64,000 nucleotides of DNA from Microthyrium microscopicum (GCA_010405405.1 MU004235.1:14538-78537); one strand, 5' to 3'; shown: positions 14,410 through 30,244, counted from the stretch's first letter. Program-made: numbers and translations. The notes: generated by a model from the sequence alone, not told the origin.

Positions 14410-14621
14410 CAAGGGGGTCCACAAAATAAAGGCGCGCTCCCAACGAGTGGATAGCTCCCATGCAAGACGATCTGCTATCGAGTGCTTTATTTGCCATAGA
14501 GCACGTTCAGACTTCGATTATTTCTCGAATGCGATGGGAAATATAACACGTTTGAATTAACAACGTTCGTGGGAGCCATCGACGCTGATGGGAGAACGCC
14601 AGTTATTTTGTCCATCCGTTG
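14410..14621 (+). mobile_element. MITE-like element, family A
   Basis: Inverted ends caa...acaaaataaaggcg / cgccagttattttgt...ttg. Highly similar to 39741-39953. Confidence 0.75.
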
Positions 14622-14989
14622 GCCCCAACCCAACCTCTCCCAGTTGCTCCCGCTCCCGCCCATCGCCCTCGACATTTCAACGGTTTCTGTGAGGTGAGTT
14701 TCTATTTGTAAACAGCTCTGAGATTTTGGCTAATTTCTTCTAGATTTCCAATGTGGTCGACAAGGCCATTAAGCGCGCAATTGTCGGTCGGATCGTAAAA
14801 AGCACATGAAGTGCAATCACTGCGGTAAAGATAGCTTACATCGCAAAGGAATGTCGAAAGCGTATCGCAGATGATGCGACGGCTGCCAAAGGAGGTATTA
14901 TCAAACAGCCTCCTCGCTCTGGTGGTGGTAATAGCCACCTTCCCGGCTTAGGCAATGACGATCAGGGCCACAAGCACTATTACTTTCAT
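14622..14989 (-). pseudogene. Possible pseudogenised small secreted protein
   Basis: ATG at 14989 reads MKVIVLVALIVIA*AGKVA..., a signal-peptide-like start broken by TAA at 14950-14948. The frame continues into a Cys-containing ORF, and the downstream part abuts a MITE. Confidence 0.35.
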
Positions 14990-15510
14990 TAGAATCTCTA
15001 TTGAATGAATTCTCCTTTGCTCTTGAAATGACCATTATGGGTGGCAAACTTTGTAAGTACGGAATTATATCTAAGGGCGTTCGACTTGCTGTTCATTCTT
15101 AGCTTCTTCGTTAATAAGCCTCTCGCCAGATAGTATCTAAATTATTAAAGCGTGCTAGTATTACTGCATTAGATTTTATGGGACGTATCTACAAATATAG
15201 AGGCAAGTTTTAGATATTTGAGAGAGCGGGCGCAAGAAATGCAGAAGACTGGCTTCCGAGATCAACCAGAGCCCATGTATTCATACTAGTAGCCATTACG
15301 CATAGAGGACTAGAAGTTATGAATGTGGCCCCGATCACGTATCAGGAACCCTATTCCATTGTCAACGGCTTAATACCTCAAGCCCAGCACTCCTTTACAA
15401 GTCAATGATTTGCTTGAATAAACAATACCAATAATCCTCATTTCTCATCTATCATAGCATACAAAACCAATAGTCCACACAACCAATAGCCAACGACCTT
15501 AGCCTCTTAT

Positions 15511-18500
15511 TCAAAGCACAATCAGATTATCAACTCTAGTCCCTTGGCTCTCGTACCACCACTTGCGCCTCACAGCCACACCCTTCGCCCTCTTCAAATA
15601 CTCCATTGCCGCCTCCCCATCTTCCACTAGGACCATTGGGATTGGATTTGCGCGCACGATTCCTGCTGGTGTGAGTTGAGGGGCGTGGAGATGTGGTTGG
15701 ATGGGCACAATCCGATTCCCAATGCGTCTAGAGCCCTGATTTCGCTCAATGGCTTGTTCTGTGTTTAGTGAGAGGTCTGTGGTGTGCCCTTCCATGTCTG
15801 GTGCTGGTTGGGTGGCACTGGTAGCCCATGCACGTGAACCGACGCGTAGGTTGGAAAGTACGATGACGAGTTGTAGCGAGGAGGAGGATGGTGGGAAGGA
15901 GGGGATATGTTGGAGTTTGGTGGCGAAGGAGCAGTCACCTCTAGGGACTACGATGATTGTGTGTGTTCTTGGGATTGAGGCGTCTAGGACTGTGGTGCAG
16001 AGATTATGCGGTGAGAAATAGATGGTCCGCCATATTAAAGGCGAGTCGACTGCGTTCTCGCCCAACGTGGGAGGGTCATTGTCGAGTGTGGGAACGGGAG
16101 CGGCGCCAGGTCCGGCTGATATGCCAGCGATGAGAATACGCCTGCGGAGAATGGGTGATTTGGGAGCGGGTGGGATGGTCGGTTCTGGAGAGTCTCCGAG
16201 GAGAAATTGAAATGATTGGACAAGTGAGGAGAGGAAGTTGGAGTCCGAGTCGTCCTTAGCGGGAATACCTGGCAGATGGATGGGGAAGTGTGTTGCGCTG
16301 GGTGAGTCGTTATATAAATCGTCTGCGAGTTTATCGGCCTCGCTTGCTACTGGGTTTGTTTCGTAGTCAATGAGAAGATCAAGAACCTGGCCATCACGGA
16401 CTCTAGTGAAATAGGGATCGAGTGGGTTGAATGTGGCCACCATAGCTCTCGACATAAAAACCTTTTCGTCTCGGCCTAGCAGTGTGGTCTGAAGAGAATA
16501 GATTCGAAAGTTCTCTCCTAGGTGGTCATTTTCCCTGACCATCGCAAGTTTCATGCCACTGAGAGTGTTGAGCATTATTCCTTCCGTGACGCGATACATG
16601 CTGGTGAAGCTGTTGACGCTGTCTTCGTAAGTGGGAAATACCAAATCAAAAGTGCTACCTGATTTCAATTCAGCACAAACTCCGTTGGCTGGAATGTATG
16701 ATGCGGGTATAGTCCAGGGGAAGAAATGAATGGCATTAGTATGGGCGACTGAGTCGTTAGCTGCACCCCATAGTATTTCTTCCATATTCTCTTGACTGAT
16801 TGAGGCACGGTCAATGGGAAGCTCAAGGCGAGCTAAAGTTGCAGCGTGAAAGATATCTCGGCGAGCAGCCACTGGTGAGATGGTCAATGGTAGCAACTTA
16901 GGAGGTGCAGGACAAGTAGCTGTTGACCAGTCTTCAGTGTGAAGGTCAGTCTCCTCGGAAATGGGATACCATAATGCCTTTTCCGTAGTCTGTCCAGTCT
17001 TGTGTCGCGGAACTATGAGAGGATGGCCTTCAGTGGTGAAGACAAAAGGGGCATCCAAAGTATTGAGAGGATGAGTGTCATCAAACAACAAGTATAAATA
17101 CTTAGCCGTCTCTCCAAGGAAGAAGCTTTCCATTCGATCGCTTAGTTCCCCAGTTTTAACATCTTGCAGACCAGCCCAGCCACATCGAGTCCAGCATCTT
17201 CGTTGGATATCGGCAAGGGCCATTTCGCCAACATGTAAGTACCAAGGATCTTTAGTTGCTCTGTAGAGATACCATGAACTTTCAATGAATTCTGGTCGGC
17301 CTCCCCACCACCGAAGACCCTGTTCTATGTCTCCGGTATATGTGGACCAACGCTCAGGGAGTGCAGAGTATTTACTCCAAAGTGCGGTATATAGCATGTG
17401 AGTTGCCGTCGCCTCCTCTAGTTCGCCAGAAAGGGTAAGAAGTCCAGGATAGTATGCACCCAAACTATCAACCCAGAATGCTCGAGCTGCGCCAGTATAA
17501 AGATCTGATTGAATATAATGAGGATGTTGAAATACTTCGCTTCGATAAACATGTCTCTTGATGGCGGAATGAGCTTGTTTCCATGCACTCAAAAAGGCCT
17601 CTGGTGAATGTAATGATGACTCGTTACGATCATAAGATAGGCCAGAGAGTAGAATGTGAGACTTGAAGGCATATTCAAAGAAGCTGTCAATTCCAGCGCC
17701 AACGCCAGTATAGGCATTAATCCATTGTCCAGATTCGGCATCAATACCAGCTCCAATGAGATCGATTGAGCTTCGACGTTTCCATACTGCCCAGAATGCT
17801 TTTTTGGCGGCGACTTCGAATCGATCATCTCCAAGAAGGCGGCTTAGCGTGGTAAATTCCAGTACCAAACTTCCTGCTCCAGCACTGCAGGTTTCTGTGA
17901 TTTCCACTGTAGCATCATTAGGACATTGACCCGTTTCCGCATTAGCGTTCAGAGGCGAGTTGCGGTACATCTGCACGCCGGATCTAAGGTTGACTCTCGG
18001 ATACGGTAGATTCGTCGGCGTTACAAACGCAGGAAGTAGTCGCTCCGCAAGGTCTTTCGCCAATCGCAGAAACTGCCCATCATACACAAATCCGTTCTCC
18101 CAATGAATCCCTTCATCTTTAATCCACTCTGGCTTGTACCCTCGAATCGGCAATTCCCCAACCGCAAACAAATGCGCACTTAATAACCCGCCAACACCTC
18201 TTATAACCGTCTCAAAAACCTGAACCTTTGAATCCAAATCAAACCCTCTCGCTCTTTTGCCCTGCCCTTTCGGCCCATCCGTACCATCACCATAGTACTC
18301 CACCAACAACTGCACGCCATCCTGAAAGTCGCGCAACGGACACCTCTCGTTCTCACTCGACGTGTCATTCGCCACGCAACCACTCTGGTCCGAGGCCAAA
18401 ATCGCCAACGTACTCAAACTATCAATGAGTGTAAGACTGTAGTTCCCCAACACATCATTCAATTCTATATGCTTTGGATTGGCACGATCTCTCGTCAACG

Positions 18501-19017
18501 GGCCGCAGGTCAGTGGTCGTAGTTCATCTTCCGGGAAGGCGTATTGCAGATAGTTATCGTAGCCGTGATAGAACAGGTCCACTGTTTGCGCGCGAAGGTT
18601 GTTGCGATATGCGTTTGACATGCATGACACTGGTGTCAATAGGAATAGAAGGAGGACACATAGTGTGATTATGTTTGTGGCTATATGGGAGCGGATAAGA
18701 GGACGTGTGTTTGTGTTGCAGCAGGCCGCCTCAGAGCGTCGGCGGAGCGAATGCATTCCCAACGAGAGCTGGTGGAGGGAGACATGGGCGACGGAAGAAG
18801 AAGCGATGGCTTTCTGTTTGGATGGGGACGTGGAAGCGAGGGAATCGCCTCTAGCGTTGGGGGATGCTATCTTTGCGATTGGGCGTTGGGGACGATAGAC
18901 TATGAATGGTTGTTGTGGTGGTAGTGAAAGAGAAATGGTTGGGGATTCGGTTCCGATGTTGATGTGAGGATGAGACCAAGTTGCTCCAATTCTGGGAAGG
19001 TACATTTGACCAATCAC
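15511..19017 (-). CDS. mnl1: ER degradation-enhancing alpha-1,2-mannosidase-like protein (GH47, EDEM/Htm1-Mnl1) with C-terminal PA-like domain; true start may be the downstream Met at ~18756
   Basis: FYHGYDNYLQYAFPEDELRPLTC, LTLIDSLSTL, VQVFETVIR, GAGIDSFFEY, RPEFIES, DRMESFFLGETAKYLYLLF, FTTEGHP, and PA-like VPRGDCSFATK. Intronless ORF. Confidence 0.93.
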   Translation of the reverse strand: MIGQMYLPRIGATWSHPHINIGTESPTISLSLPPQQPFIVYRPQRPIAKIASPNARGDSLASTSPSKQKAIASSSVAHVSLHQLSLGMHSLRRRSEAACCNTNTRPLIRSHIATNIITLCVLLLFLLTPVSCMSNAYRNNLRAQTVDLFYHGYDNYLQYAFPEDELRPLTCGPLTRDRANPKHIELNDVLGNYSLTLIDSLSTLAILASDQSGCVANDTSSENERCPLRDFQDGVQLLVEYYGDGTDGPKGQGKRARGFDLDSKVQVFETVIRGVGGLLSAHLFAVGELPIRGYKPEWIKDEGIHWENGFVYDGQFLRLAKDLAERLLPAFVTPTNLPYPRVNLRSGVQMYRNSPLNANAETGQCPNDATVEITETCSAGAGSLVLEFTTLSRLLGDDRFEVAAKKAFWAVWKRRSSIDLIGAGIDAESGQWINAYTGVGAGIDSFFEYAFKSHILLSGLSYDRNESSLHSPEAFLSAWKQAHSAIKRHVYRSEVFQHPHYIQSDLYTGAARAFWVDSLGAYYPGLLTLSGELEEATATHMLYTALWSKYSALPERWSTYTGDIEQGLRWWGGRPEFIESSWYLYRATKDPWYLHVGEMALADIQRRCWTRCGWAGLQDVKTGELSDRMESFFLGETAKYLYLLFDDTHPLNTLDAPFVFTTEGHPLIVPRHKTGQTTEKALWYPISEETDLHTEDWSTATCPAPPKLLPLTISPVAARRDIFHAATLARLELPIDRASISQENMEEILWGAANDSVAHTNAIHFFPWTIPASYIPANGVCAELKSGSTFDLVFPTYEDSVNSFTSMYRVTEGIMLNTLSGMKLAMVRENDHLGENFRIYSLQTTLLGRDEKVFMSRAMVATFNPLDPYFTRVRDGQVLDLLIDYETNPVASEADKLADDLYNDSPSATHFPIHLPGIPAKDDSDSNFLSSLVQSFQFLLGDSPEPTIPPAPKSPILRRRILIAGISAGPGAAPVPTLDNDPPTLGENAVDSPLIWRTIYFSPHNLCTTVLDASIPRTHTIIVVPRGDCSFATKLQHIPSFPPSSSSLQLVIVLSNLRVGSRAWATSATQPAPDMEGHTTDLSLNTEQAIERNQGSRRIGNRIVPIQPHLHAPQLTPAGIVRANPIPMVLVEDGEAAMEYLKRAKGVAVRRKWWYESQGTRVDNLIVL

Positions 19018-19317
19018 ATGGCCTTCCTTGCTTTAATCAATTTTATAGCACGATTAGTATTCATACCATTCGCAATGATGATCGTACAATCAATATATTA
19101 TGATCGATAGCCTTGTATACTCTGGAATCATCCATCAAGGGGCTAATATTTCAGTTTTTCCATTCAAATTTGCGCAATGTTATCGATTCATACAAGGCTT
19201 CAGCCTTGTGGCCTCGCCCTATTTCCAGATCCATTTTGATACAGACCCCAAAGCACAACCAGCAATCCCTATCATACAAATCAATTCTTACTCATGTTCA
19301 TATGTCCCATAAGCTCC

Positions 19318-19949
19318 CTACCCACTAGCCTTCAAGCTCAAATATATATTCCACGCAACCCCCGCAACACTCCCAAAAATCACCCTCCTCTCCACCGGCA
19401 CCGCCGCAAAGCTAATCAAGCTCACCGCCGGCCACAGCTTCGCACCCGCCAAATAAATCGGCATAAAGTCCTCCTTCACAGTCCCCACAATATCCGCCAC
19501 ACTCTGCCCCTTACAGAGCCCAATAACTGCCAAAAACAACGGAATGTTCACTGCCGCACCAACGGTTTGATCCAATGCAAATTTGGCGAGTGTGTTGGTG
19601 ATGTTGAGTCCGCCTTTGCCTGTCTTGACTTTGACCTCGACTTTTTTGTCGCCCTTCTTCTCGACGGTGGGTGGCTCGACGATGGAGGAGGGGAAGGTGG
19701 ATTCGAGGAGGTCTTGCCAGATTACGTTGATGGGGACGTTGATGATGGTGTAGATTATAAAGTGCGTGATGGGCGTTATGTCGAAGGCGAAGAGATCGGT
19801 CTATGGATATGTTAGTGGGGACTGAGGAGGAGGAGAATGGAGAAGGAGGGTTTAAGTACTTTTGCTTGATATGCGGCGATCATTTGCGCGAGGATGTTGG
19901 ATACCACGCTTAGGACGGTGCTTTGGAGGATGGTATCGAGGAGTGCCAT
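19318..19949 (-). CDS. Mpv17/PMP22-family membrane protein, 1 intron (19801-19859)
   Basis: Exon 1 MALLDTILQSTVLSVVSNILAQ; exon 2 contains NTLAKFALDQTVGA, AGAKLWPAVSLISFAAVPVERRVIFGSVAGVAWNIYLSL. Confidence 0.85.
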
Positions 19950-20980
19950 CGGCAAGGTACTTATCCGCTAGGATGAATCGCCTGCTCAGTATGGGAGTTG
20001 GGGAATCGATTGGGAGTTGGAGTTACGCTTCAAACTACTTGTTCAAAGCTCTATGAAAGTTTAGGTATGAAGGAGCAAGTAAGTTGAATTGTCAATGCTT
20101 GCGGGAAGAATGTGGTAATGGTGGTGGATGAGACCGTGCTCAAACTCAAACAAGCCACGACGCAACTTCTCCCATGTTACAGCCTTACAGAATGTACCTG
20201 CAGGGGGTATACTCACTGCAATTGCTCATTATGGTACTGCCCTGAGTGTAAGCTTGGCAGATATACCAATAGATTGGATTCAGATGTAAAGTTTGAAGAA
20301 GAGACTAACTACGTAGAGCACTTGGAGCTTAGGTGTAAAAATGACCACATAAGCATTCTTGCCTAACAACCTGCTATAAAAAATAGACAGAGCACCTTTA
20401 CAAGTAACTTCGAGTCACACAGTGGAATACTTGAGCACAGTAAAACCTCTAATACAGGATGAACTTTGTGTTCAGATGTCGGCATGTCATGAGACTCAAA
20501 GATCCACGAAATCAGAACCTCCAAGTCAATTAAACAAGCACAATCAATCTCGGAACTCTTGAGGGCCACGGATATCAGACATTGAAAGTCAATTCCGGGC
20601 GTGACAATACTCGTTCCTACAGCACCAGCCACCAGCATCACTATCACTATCACTATCACCAATGCCATCCTGTGGCTGCGATCAGCAGCTATTGATGAAA
20701 AATAATAATGGTTTGCTAAATAACATCTCAGGCATCGTAAGAGAAGTAATGCCCCGAAACAATCAAGTTTCTAGAACCGTGCAAGAAAGTTAAAGAAAGC
20801 CTGGAATGTCCTGCGTTCGCCAAGTGTGACCCGTTCAAAATAAAGAAAAACTCCAGTGGCCTTGGTGTCAGATGTTTACCTGTACAATGGTGGCTCAACA
20901 TGCTCCCAGTATTTCCGTTAAACGCCTTGATAATCCTCGATCCTCCGCGACGCAGAAGGACGTCGAACCTGATTGCAGGT

Positions 20981-22443
20981 TTACTTGCGAGACATCCACC
21001 AAGACCCGCTGAGCATAGCAATAAGAATGACAGTCGTAAGAATTCCCGCGCCAGCCCGATCACTTGTCGTAATGGCATTCAAGCTCACCGTCTTTGCTTG
21101 ACTTCCACCAGCACTTGGATCACTCTTAGAAGTACCACCCGTATTCGCTGTGACCGGTGGCGGTGCGCCAGTTATAAGATTTGCTTGAATGACCTGTAGA
21201 ACAGACATTTGTTCGCCAACGCCGCCGTTACCGTCATAGGTCCCTGTAGTCCATTTTTCTCCGCACATGCTTTGGCTTGCGCCAGCCGTGCATGTTTTGA
21301 CGGCTTGGGTAGCCGAGGATGTCAGGAGAGGAAGAATAGTAGCAGCAGTGAAAGGCGCGACTTTGGTGGTGGCGGCCATCCAGCGGGAGAGATGGGCTTT
21401 AAAGGAGACTTGATCAGTGTCGCAGTTGCCAGCGTCTTCGCAGGCTACTTCTTTCATTACGCCATTGACGAAGAAGATGCTGGCGGTCTTGAGGATTGTA
21501 GTAATGCGGGTCTGCCATTTAGCGTCTTGAGTCTGAGGTAGCTGATTAGTATATCGTCTTCGTGAATCATGTCAATACTGTTGAAACTTACTGCATTCCA
21601 CATCATTGCAGCACCGTATAGATAAACACCGGTGTTGTAAGTCCACTCAATGTGATTAACTTGAGTACAGTTAATCGTGTCGTCAGTACCATCATAGAAA
21701 TGATAATCTGGGCTTGCAAGTCCGATAGCTTCGACCCAGTTCCATGTCTTATCAGCCCAGTCCAGATAAGTCTGATTTCCAGTATATCTTCCAAGGCGGG
21801 CTGCCATATTGAAGAAACAACCATTCGAAATCGCGTTCTTGTAGTTGTAACCGTTGTTGAACTGGAAAATCTGCCACCTTAAGCCACCATTACATGTTGT
21901 AGTATCCCACCTGGGAGCTTGTGTATTAAAAACTGCTTGACCTAACGCAAGCCAGCCAGGTTGACCAGATGGTGGATCAGGGAACTTGGCTTCTGCTGCT
22001 GATAGAACAGCCATACCCCAGAATCCTTGATCATCGTTACCCTCATCTTTTGTTTGGTTGGGAGGCATGTAATCTGCGCTAGGGCCGACTTGGAATTGTA
22101 GCGCCGTTGTGACAAGGTCGTTGTATGTGGTGTCGCCAGTGTAGTACCAGTAGTCGATCAAAGATCCGAACATTGCTCCAGCCTCCCACCAGAAATAAGG
22201 TCCAGGAAGAAGACCTGGGGTTCCGCCGGGTTTGTCACCAGAGTAAAAAGTCATCATGTCTTTCGCAACACTTGAGGCGGCTGCTTTGATAGAATCTACG
22301 AGATGTTATCAGTATAGAATGTATGGGAGACATAATGTTGTTGCGCCATTACCTGTAGAGCTTGTGTCAAGTGTTATTGCTGCTTCGACAGTGGTAGCCA
22401 ACAAGCCGGAGCAAGCCGCATAGGCTAGGCTTGAGAATCTCAT
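20981..22443 (-). CDS. dcw1: GH76 mannan endo-1,6-alpha-mannosidase, Dcw1/Dfg5 type, GPI-anchored, 2 introns
   Basis: Signal peptide [15 protein letters not shown], then [39 protein letters not shown], and a C-terminal GPI-signal-like DRAGAGILT..hydrophobic tail. Confidence 0.92.
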
Positions 22444-24778
22444 ATTGTTTGTGTTGTGCTATTCGATTGGTGTAAGACGTGTAACCCGCGTGTGAAGAGT
22501 GCGCGGCAGATGAAGGGATAGAGGAAGCGGCGCTATATGTTGCAGCAGTTCGTATGGAAGGATATCGCAAGGCAGAAGGTGAAAGAGTTGTAAATGGATA
22601 TGGAGCGTCGAGTGAATGGATGATGATGTGGTGGAGCAAGGGCGGGTGTCAGCGTTAAGGGCCTTCGCGATTCGCAGATGGCGGAGGAGCCGACAACAAG
22701 TGAGAGTTGCAGCAGTGATTCAACAATTATTGATTAATAGAAACGGGCAGGCCAAACAAGTAGTGTGTATAGACTCAAGAGACAAAGCGAAGGTGAGGTT
22801 GGTGGTTAAGATTGCGGAGTGTAGTGGTGGTGGTGAAAGAGGTAGGAGCGTTGCAGGCTTGAAGTTGAGGCAGGTTTTGGCAGGCACAAGGAGGGAGAGC
22901 CACCAAGTTGGCAAGAGCAGCCAGTATGATTGGAAGGGGCGACCGCTGGCCACAACGCTAGGTAGACTACTAGGCCCATCGAGGCTCAGCAACAAACTGT
23001 GCAGCAAGTGTCCCAGCCAACCACCCAAACCGACCTGTTCATCGTTCAATTATCCACTCTTTCACTGCTCTTCTGCTTAGCAAGGCAAGATTTTCGGAGC
23101 CATCAAGTTCCATAGGCCCAAAATTCGGATGTTTCACCATTGCTCCACTGTTTGAAGGCCGCGTTTACTCAAGCGCTTGCCGAGTTTGTGAACTGAAAAT
23201 ATTATGGAGCATTTTTCACTGTTCAGCATCAAAAATTATATCGAGGGTTTAAATGTAATTTTATGTTTACCAATATACGCCCGTCCATAGCAACAACCCC
23301 ATCATCAGCCTTGTTTATATTGCTGTGAGGGCTGGCACGGCTCGCTTTGACCTGATTGATTCATACAATGTTAATATATTATGTACCAGCTCTAACCCAG
23401 GACAATTATATTTCTGTTGGGAAATTTGCTTGGACAGAGTTGACATCTTTATGGGCTGAAGAAGTCTCTCAAAGTATTTCACAACTGGGTTATTGTGAGA
23501 GTTCACGAGATATTCATACAGCCAATACGCTTACGAGTAGCACTGCCCTGCGCAACACGAATAGCAACCATGCGACGATGCATATTGCCCAGGATGCAAT
23601 GATATCAATAACGCTGATCAGCGTCATACCAGTAGGGTATTGTACACAACTTGTTCACAGCAGCGGAAGGTGTCGATCTTGATTTAGACGTACCTGAATC
23701 AGGGTCCATAACAATTCGTACCAAATGGGAAGTGAGGAGCTCTCTTTTGGAATGCGGAGTATTCTCCATTTTGTTTCGATATTTGCGGGAAATTATCAGA
23801 ACAGTTTTCTGTAAGCTGACTGGCTCCAAAGAAAAACATTGAGCGGAGCCTCCAAAGCCGCGTACGCTCCAACACCAAATGTCTGGAGTGTTGCATCAGT
23901 GACCCTGGCCTGAATTTGCAGCTGTGATTTGCTGGTTTGCTGTATTTTCTGCTGTTAGTGAGGGATCCAGCTGATAGGTTTGGATCCTGGACGATATAAT
24001 GAAGAAAAAGGCAGGACATTGTCTTGGGCATAGGACTGTCTTTAAGGATGCTGAAAAGTGTCCTCCATAAGAAGAAAGGATATGCAGACGTGAAAAGATG
24101 GCAAACACGATTGTTTCTCTCAGGCACGACAGTTGGAACATGTAGAGACCACGCGCAAACACTGCATATTGATCATTGCATCGAACAAGGCACTCTTAGT
24201 AGATTCCTCCAGATGTTCAGTGGTCAAGCAGGATGTTGCGGTACCAAGACAGTTCCAACTTCCAAGTTGGGCCAAGCATGCACTTTCCTCATTCAAGTAG
24301 GAAATCCTAAATAGGTCATAAAATACATTACCAGCACGTGTTAGAATTGCTTTTATTAGCAACAGGTTGCTTATGTCACCTTGCATTTCAGCTTAGACTG
24401 CGGCTGGGGATTCATTGCAGGAGGGTGTGCTTGGGTGCTTCCTTCCTTGCAACGAGCGACCGACCGCTCTATCCGCTACCACTCTACAAACCATCGCTCC
24501 ATCATCATCTCCATCACTCATCCAACCTTCAACCATCACCAATAACTCACCCATCCCGCATACCTTTCACCTTACCAGTATCAACCGCTATTACCATTCA
24601 CAACTGAACAAACACCTCACATCTATCTTCCTTGCGCAATAACTCTCTCAGTCAGCTCGTCGCAAGCAACGAACCCGCCAACCACCCAGATCTAGGCTTC
24701 CAACCACCACCACCAAAACCCATCTCTCTGCGTTCTTCCTCCTTCACGGTCGTCTACATCTCTTTATACATCGCTACA

Positions 24779-25495
24779 ATGGCTTCTCACACTGAACCTT
24801 ATGACCCCTATATTCCCAACAATGGCGCCAACCCTGCTGGAAGTGCCGGTGCTGCTGGCCAAGGCGGCAATGCGAGGACCGCTGCTCTACAAGCGGTACG
24901 TAACATCACTCCTTTATGATTGCAATCTTTGAGAGGGTATTTCTTGTGCCAAGTGGAGGACTTCAAAGGACAGAATGTGTTTGCGATGCCCCTTTCACCT
25001 TCCGCCCCAAGCCTAGCGCCACCGGGGCGAAAATGGCCATGGATGAACTTGGATATTCACAAACACGTACTCTTACTTGGCACAAGAATTGAGCTTTCTA
25101 GTCTATTAGTAGACTTTGAACTGCGTGGATATCGGATTCCGCATACTCAAGTGAAGATGTTACTTCCAGGTCAAATGCTAATTTCAATTATAGGAAATCG
25201 ACAGCACAGTCGGCATCATGAGAGACAACATCAACAAAGTATCAGAACGTGGCGAACGACTAGACTCGCTGCAAGACAAGACAGATAACCTTCAACGGTC
25301 GGCTCAAGGCTTCCGCAGGGGAGCGAATCGAGTGCGAAAAGCCATGTGGTGGAAGGACATGAAGATGAGAATGTGCATCATTGGTGCCATTATCGCTATC
25401 ATTCTAATCGCAATCATTGTTCCTCGTAAGTTACCTAAATTTCTCTAAGTTGTGCTGATGTCTAATATTCGAGTGCAGTTGCTACGAAGAAATAG
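24779..25495 (+). CDS. snc1: Synaptobrevin/VAMP v-SNARE (Snc1/Snc2 homologue), introns 24896-25193 and ~25426-25478
   Basis: [40 protein letters not shown]...[20 protein letters not shown] followed by a transmembrane segment. Confidence 0.95.
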
Positions 25496-26628
25496 AGTTC
25501 TGATCCATCCTCATCGACCAGCATCGCTCCTGTATCTAGTTCCATTGGACACTCGGATCTAATTGAGTCACCTGATTCATCTGAGATGACAGATTCAAAG
25601 AAGGTCGCTGCGGCTTGGAGGCCTTTCCACCTCTGCTTCCGGGGAATCTGTGTCCGAGCGTTGTCATTATTTCACGAATCGTTACAAAGAACAATGTTCT
25701 CCCATTCCCTCGTCCCTCGATCCTCGTTCGCCGGGCAATGAATTACTTTGGCGTCTCTAGGCGATTTGGCAATTGATTTGTTTTCATGCTTTCTTTTGCT
25801 ATATCCACTTGGTGTTGTTGTTCTGTATGAAGTGTGTAAGTTAGAAGATAGGGATGTGCAATTGAATGGGGTGTGTTTGCAAGCAGTTTAAGTATTCCAA
25901 TTGTGATGGGTGAAAGAAATGTAATCCATAAGCACTGTCGACAAGTAACTAGTAGAGTATTGAATAACTGTATACTTATTCCTGCCATGTGGTAAGTTGA
26001 AATTATATGACGTTGAGCTCAATATAGAGGCACGCGGGGCATCGGATGGTGCAATGTATGAAGGATTGCGACAACAAACACCATACCTCGACCAGAAGAG
26101 CAGGAATTTTCTGCTCAATGTAAAAATCGAACAGGTCAGTATTCAGGGCAATGGGAAATGGTGTGCGTGTGGGGCAAACGGTTGTTCAGCGTTTCTGGGG
26201 TATTGATGTGGGATGATCACGCAGCGTCAAAATGTTGCAAGAAAAAAATTCCTTGACTTTGGCTGCTTGAATTTTTCCCTCCTCCAAGCAAAGCAAGCAA
26301 AGCACATCAACTCTCCACTTGCTGCAAATTACTCTACCTGGCGACATTATCCTAGTAGTCCACGAAAAATATTCGACTCAAATTTTTCTTTACTTTTATT
26401 GTCTTCTTGTCTGTGACCTGCTCCTTCTCTTCAAGAACTCAGTCATTGTTGTTCCTTCCTACCCCTCTCCGCTCTCGCCAACTCGCCATGCTCCCCGATT
26501 GAATTTCAACCACTTCATTTCCTTGTCTTATCCCATTGCCTCACACTGCCTGCTTTTAGCTACATCCACCAGGCACTATTGTGTCGCGAGACACGGAATC
26601 TGTCTCTTTCTACCAATTGCAGTAATAA

Positions 26629-29555
<2,927 letters not shown>

Positions 29556-30244
29556 TTACGTCTAGCTGGGTTGAAGTCTCCGTCTAGAAAGTTGCAGTAA
29601 GATGAAAAAATTATCGGGAGTAGAGGATGTGTGGTTTGGACCTTCACGGGTTATTATAGTGCCAGATGTTATGGACTGATGTCTGCATATATCGGCATTG
29701 GGCGTTTTTTGGGGCGGATGGGTCATTTTATTAGCTTAGTGCAATTAGAGTTCGTTGATTGTTATTCCCTTTCTTTACTGTTCCTACTTGCTCATCACTT
29801 GGAGGCTTTACTTATCACATTCTTGCAGCTTTATCACTATCCACAGCCATATCGCGGTTCAGAATAGCCTGTCGTCTTCAACAAAACGAGCCTCGCTATG
29901 CGACCACAGACGTCCATGCGTCCCTTCCCAAGGCTCGGCCCGCAATATACCCTTTGGTAGGGCAGCAATATATCAGGCTTGTAGGTCCTTTGGTAAAGTT
30001 CTCATACTTCTTTTTAATCTCTGCGGAATAACTTGTCCTGCGAAATGATTAGTGCGGTATTTGTTTGGTGGGTGGTGGACAAAATCGACTTCAACTGGCG
30101 ATAACCGCTTCGTCACTGCATGTTTTTAGGCTCAATTAGCCCGCCACGTTCGTTTTATTGAGGTTGTTAGGTCTCTGGTACGCGTCTACTTACTGTATAT
30201 TGATCGTAGGATCCTCCGTCCTTCGACTTCGGAATTGTGGGACA

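Noticed and set aside
19294..19815. 173-aa + strand ORF
   Set aside because: Antisense to the Mpv17/PMP22 exon.
23300..24400. Overlapping short ORFs between dcw1 and snc1
   Set aside because: No recognisable motifs or consistent exon structure, so a gene cannot be supported.
25564..25570. TGAGTCA Gcn4/CpcA-like site for arg5,6
   Set aside because: It is over 1.1 kb upstream, in the snc1 3' region, and several such 7-mers are expected by chance in 64 kb.
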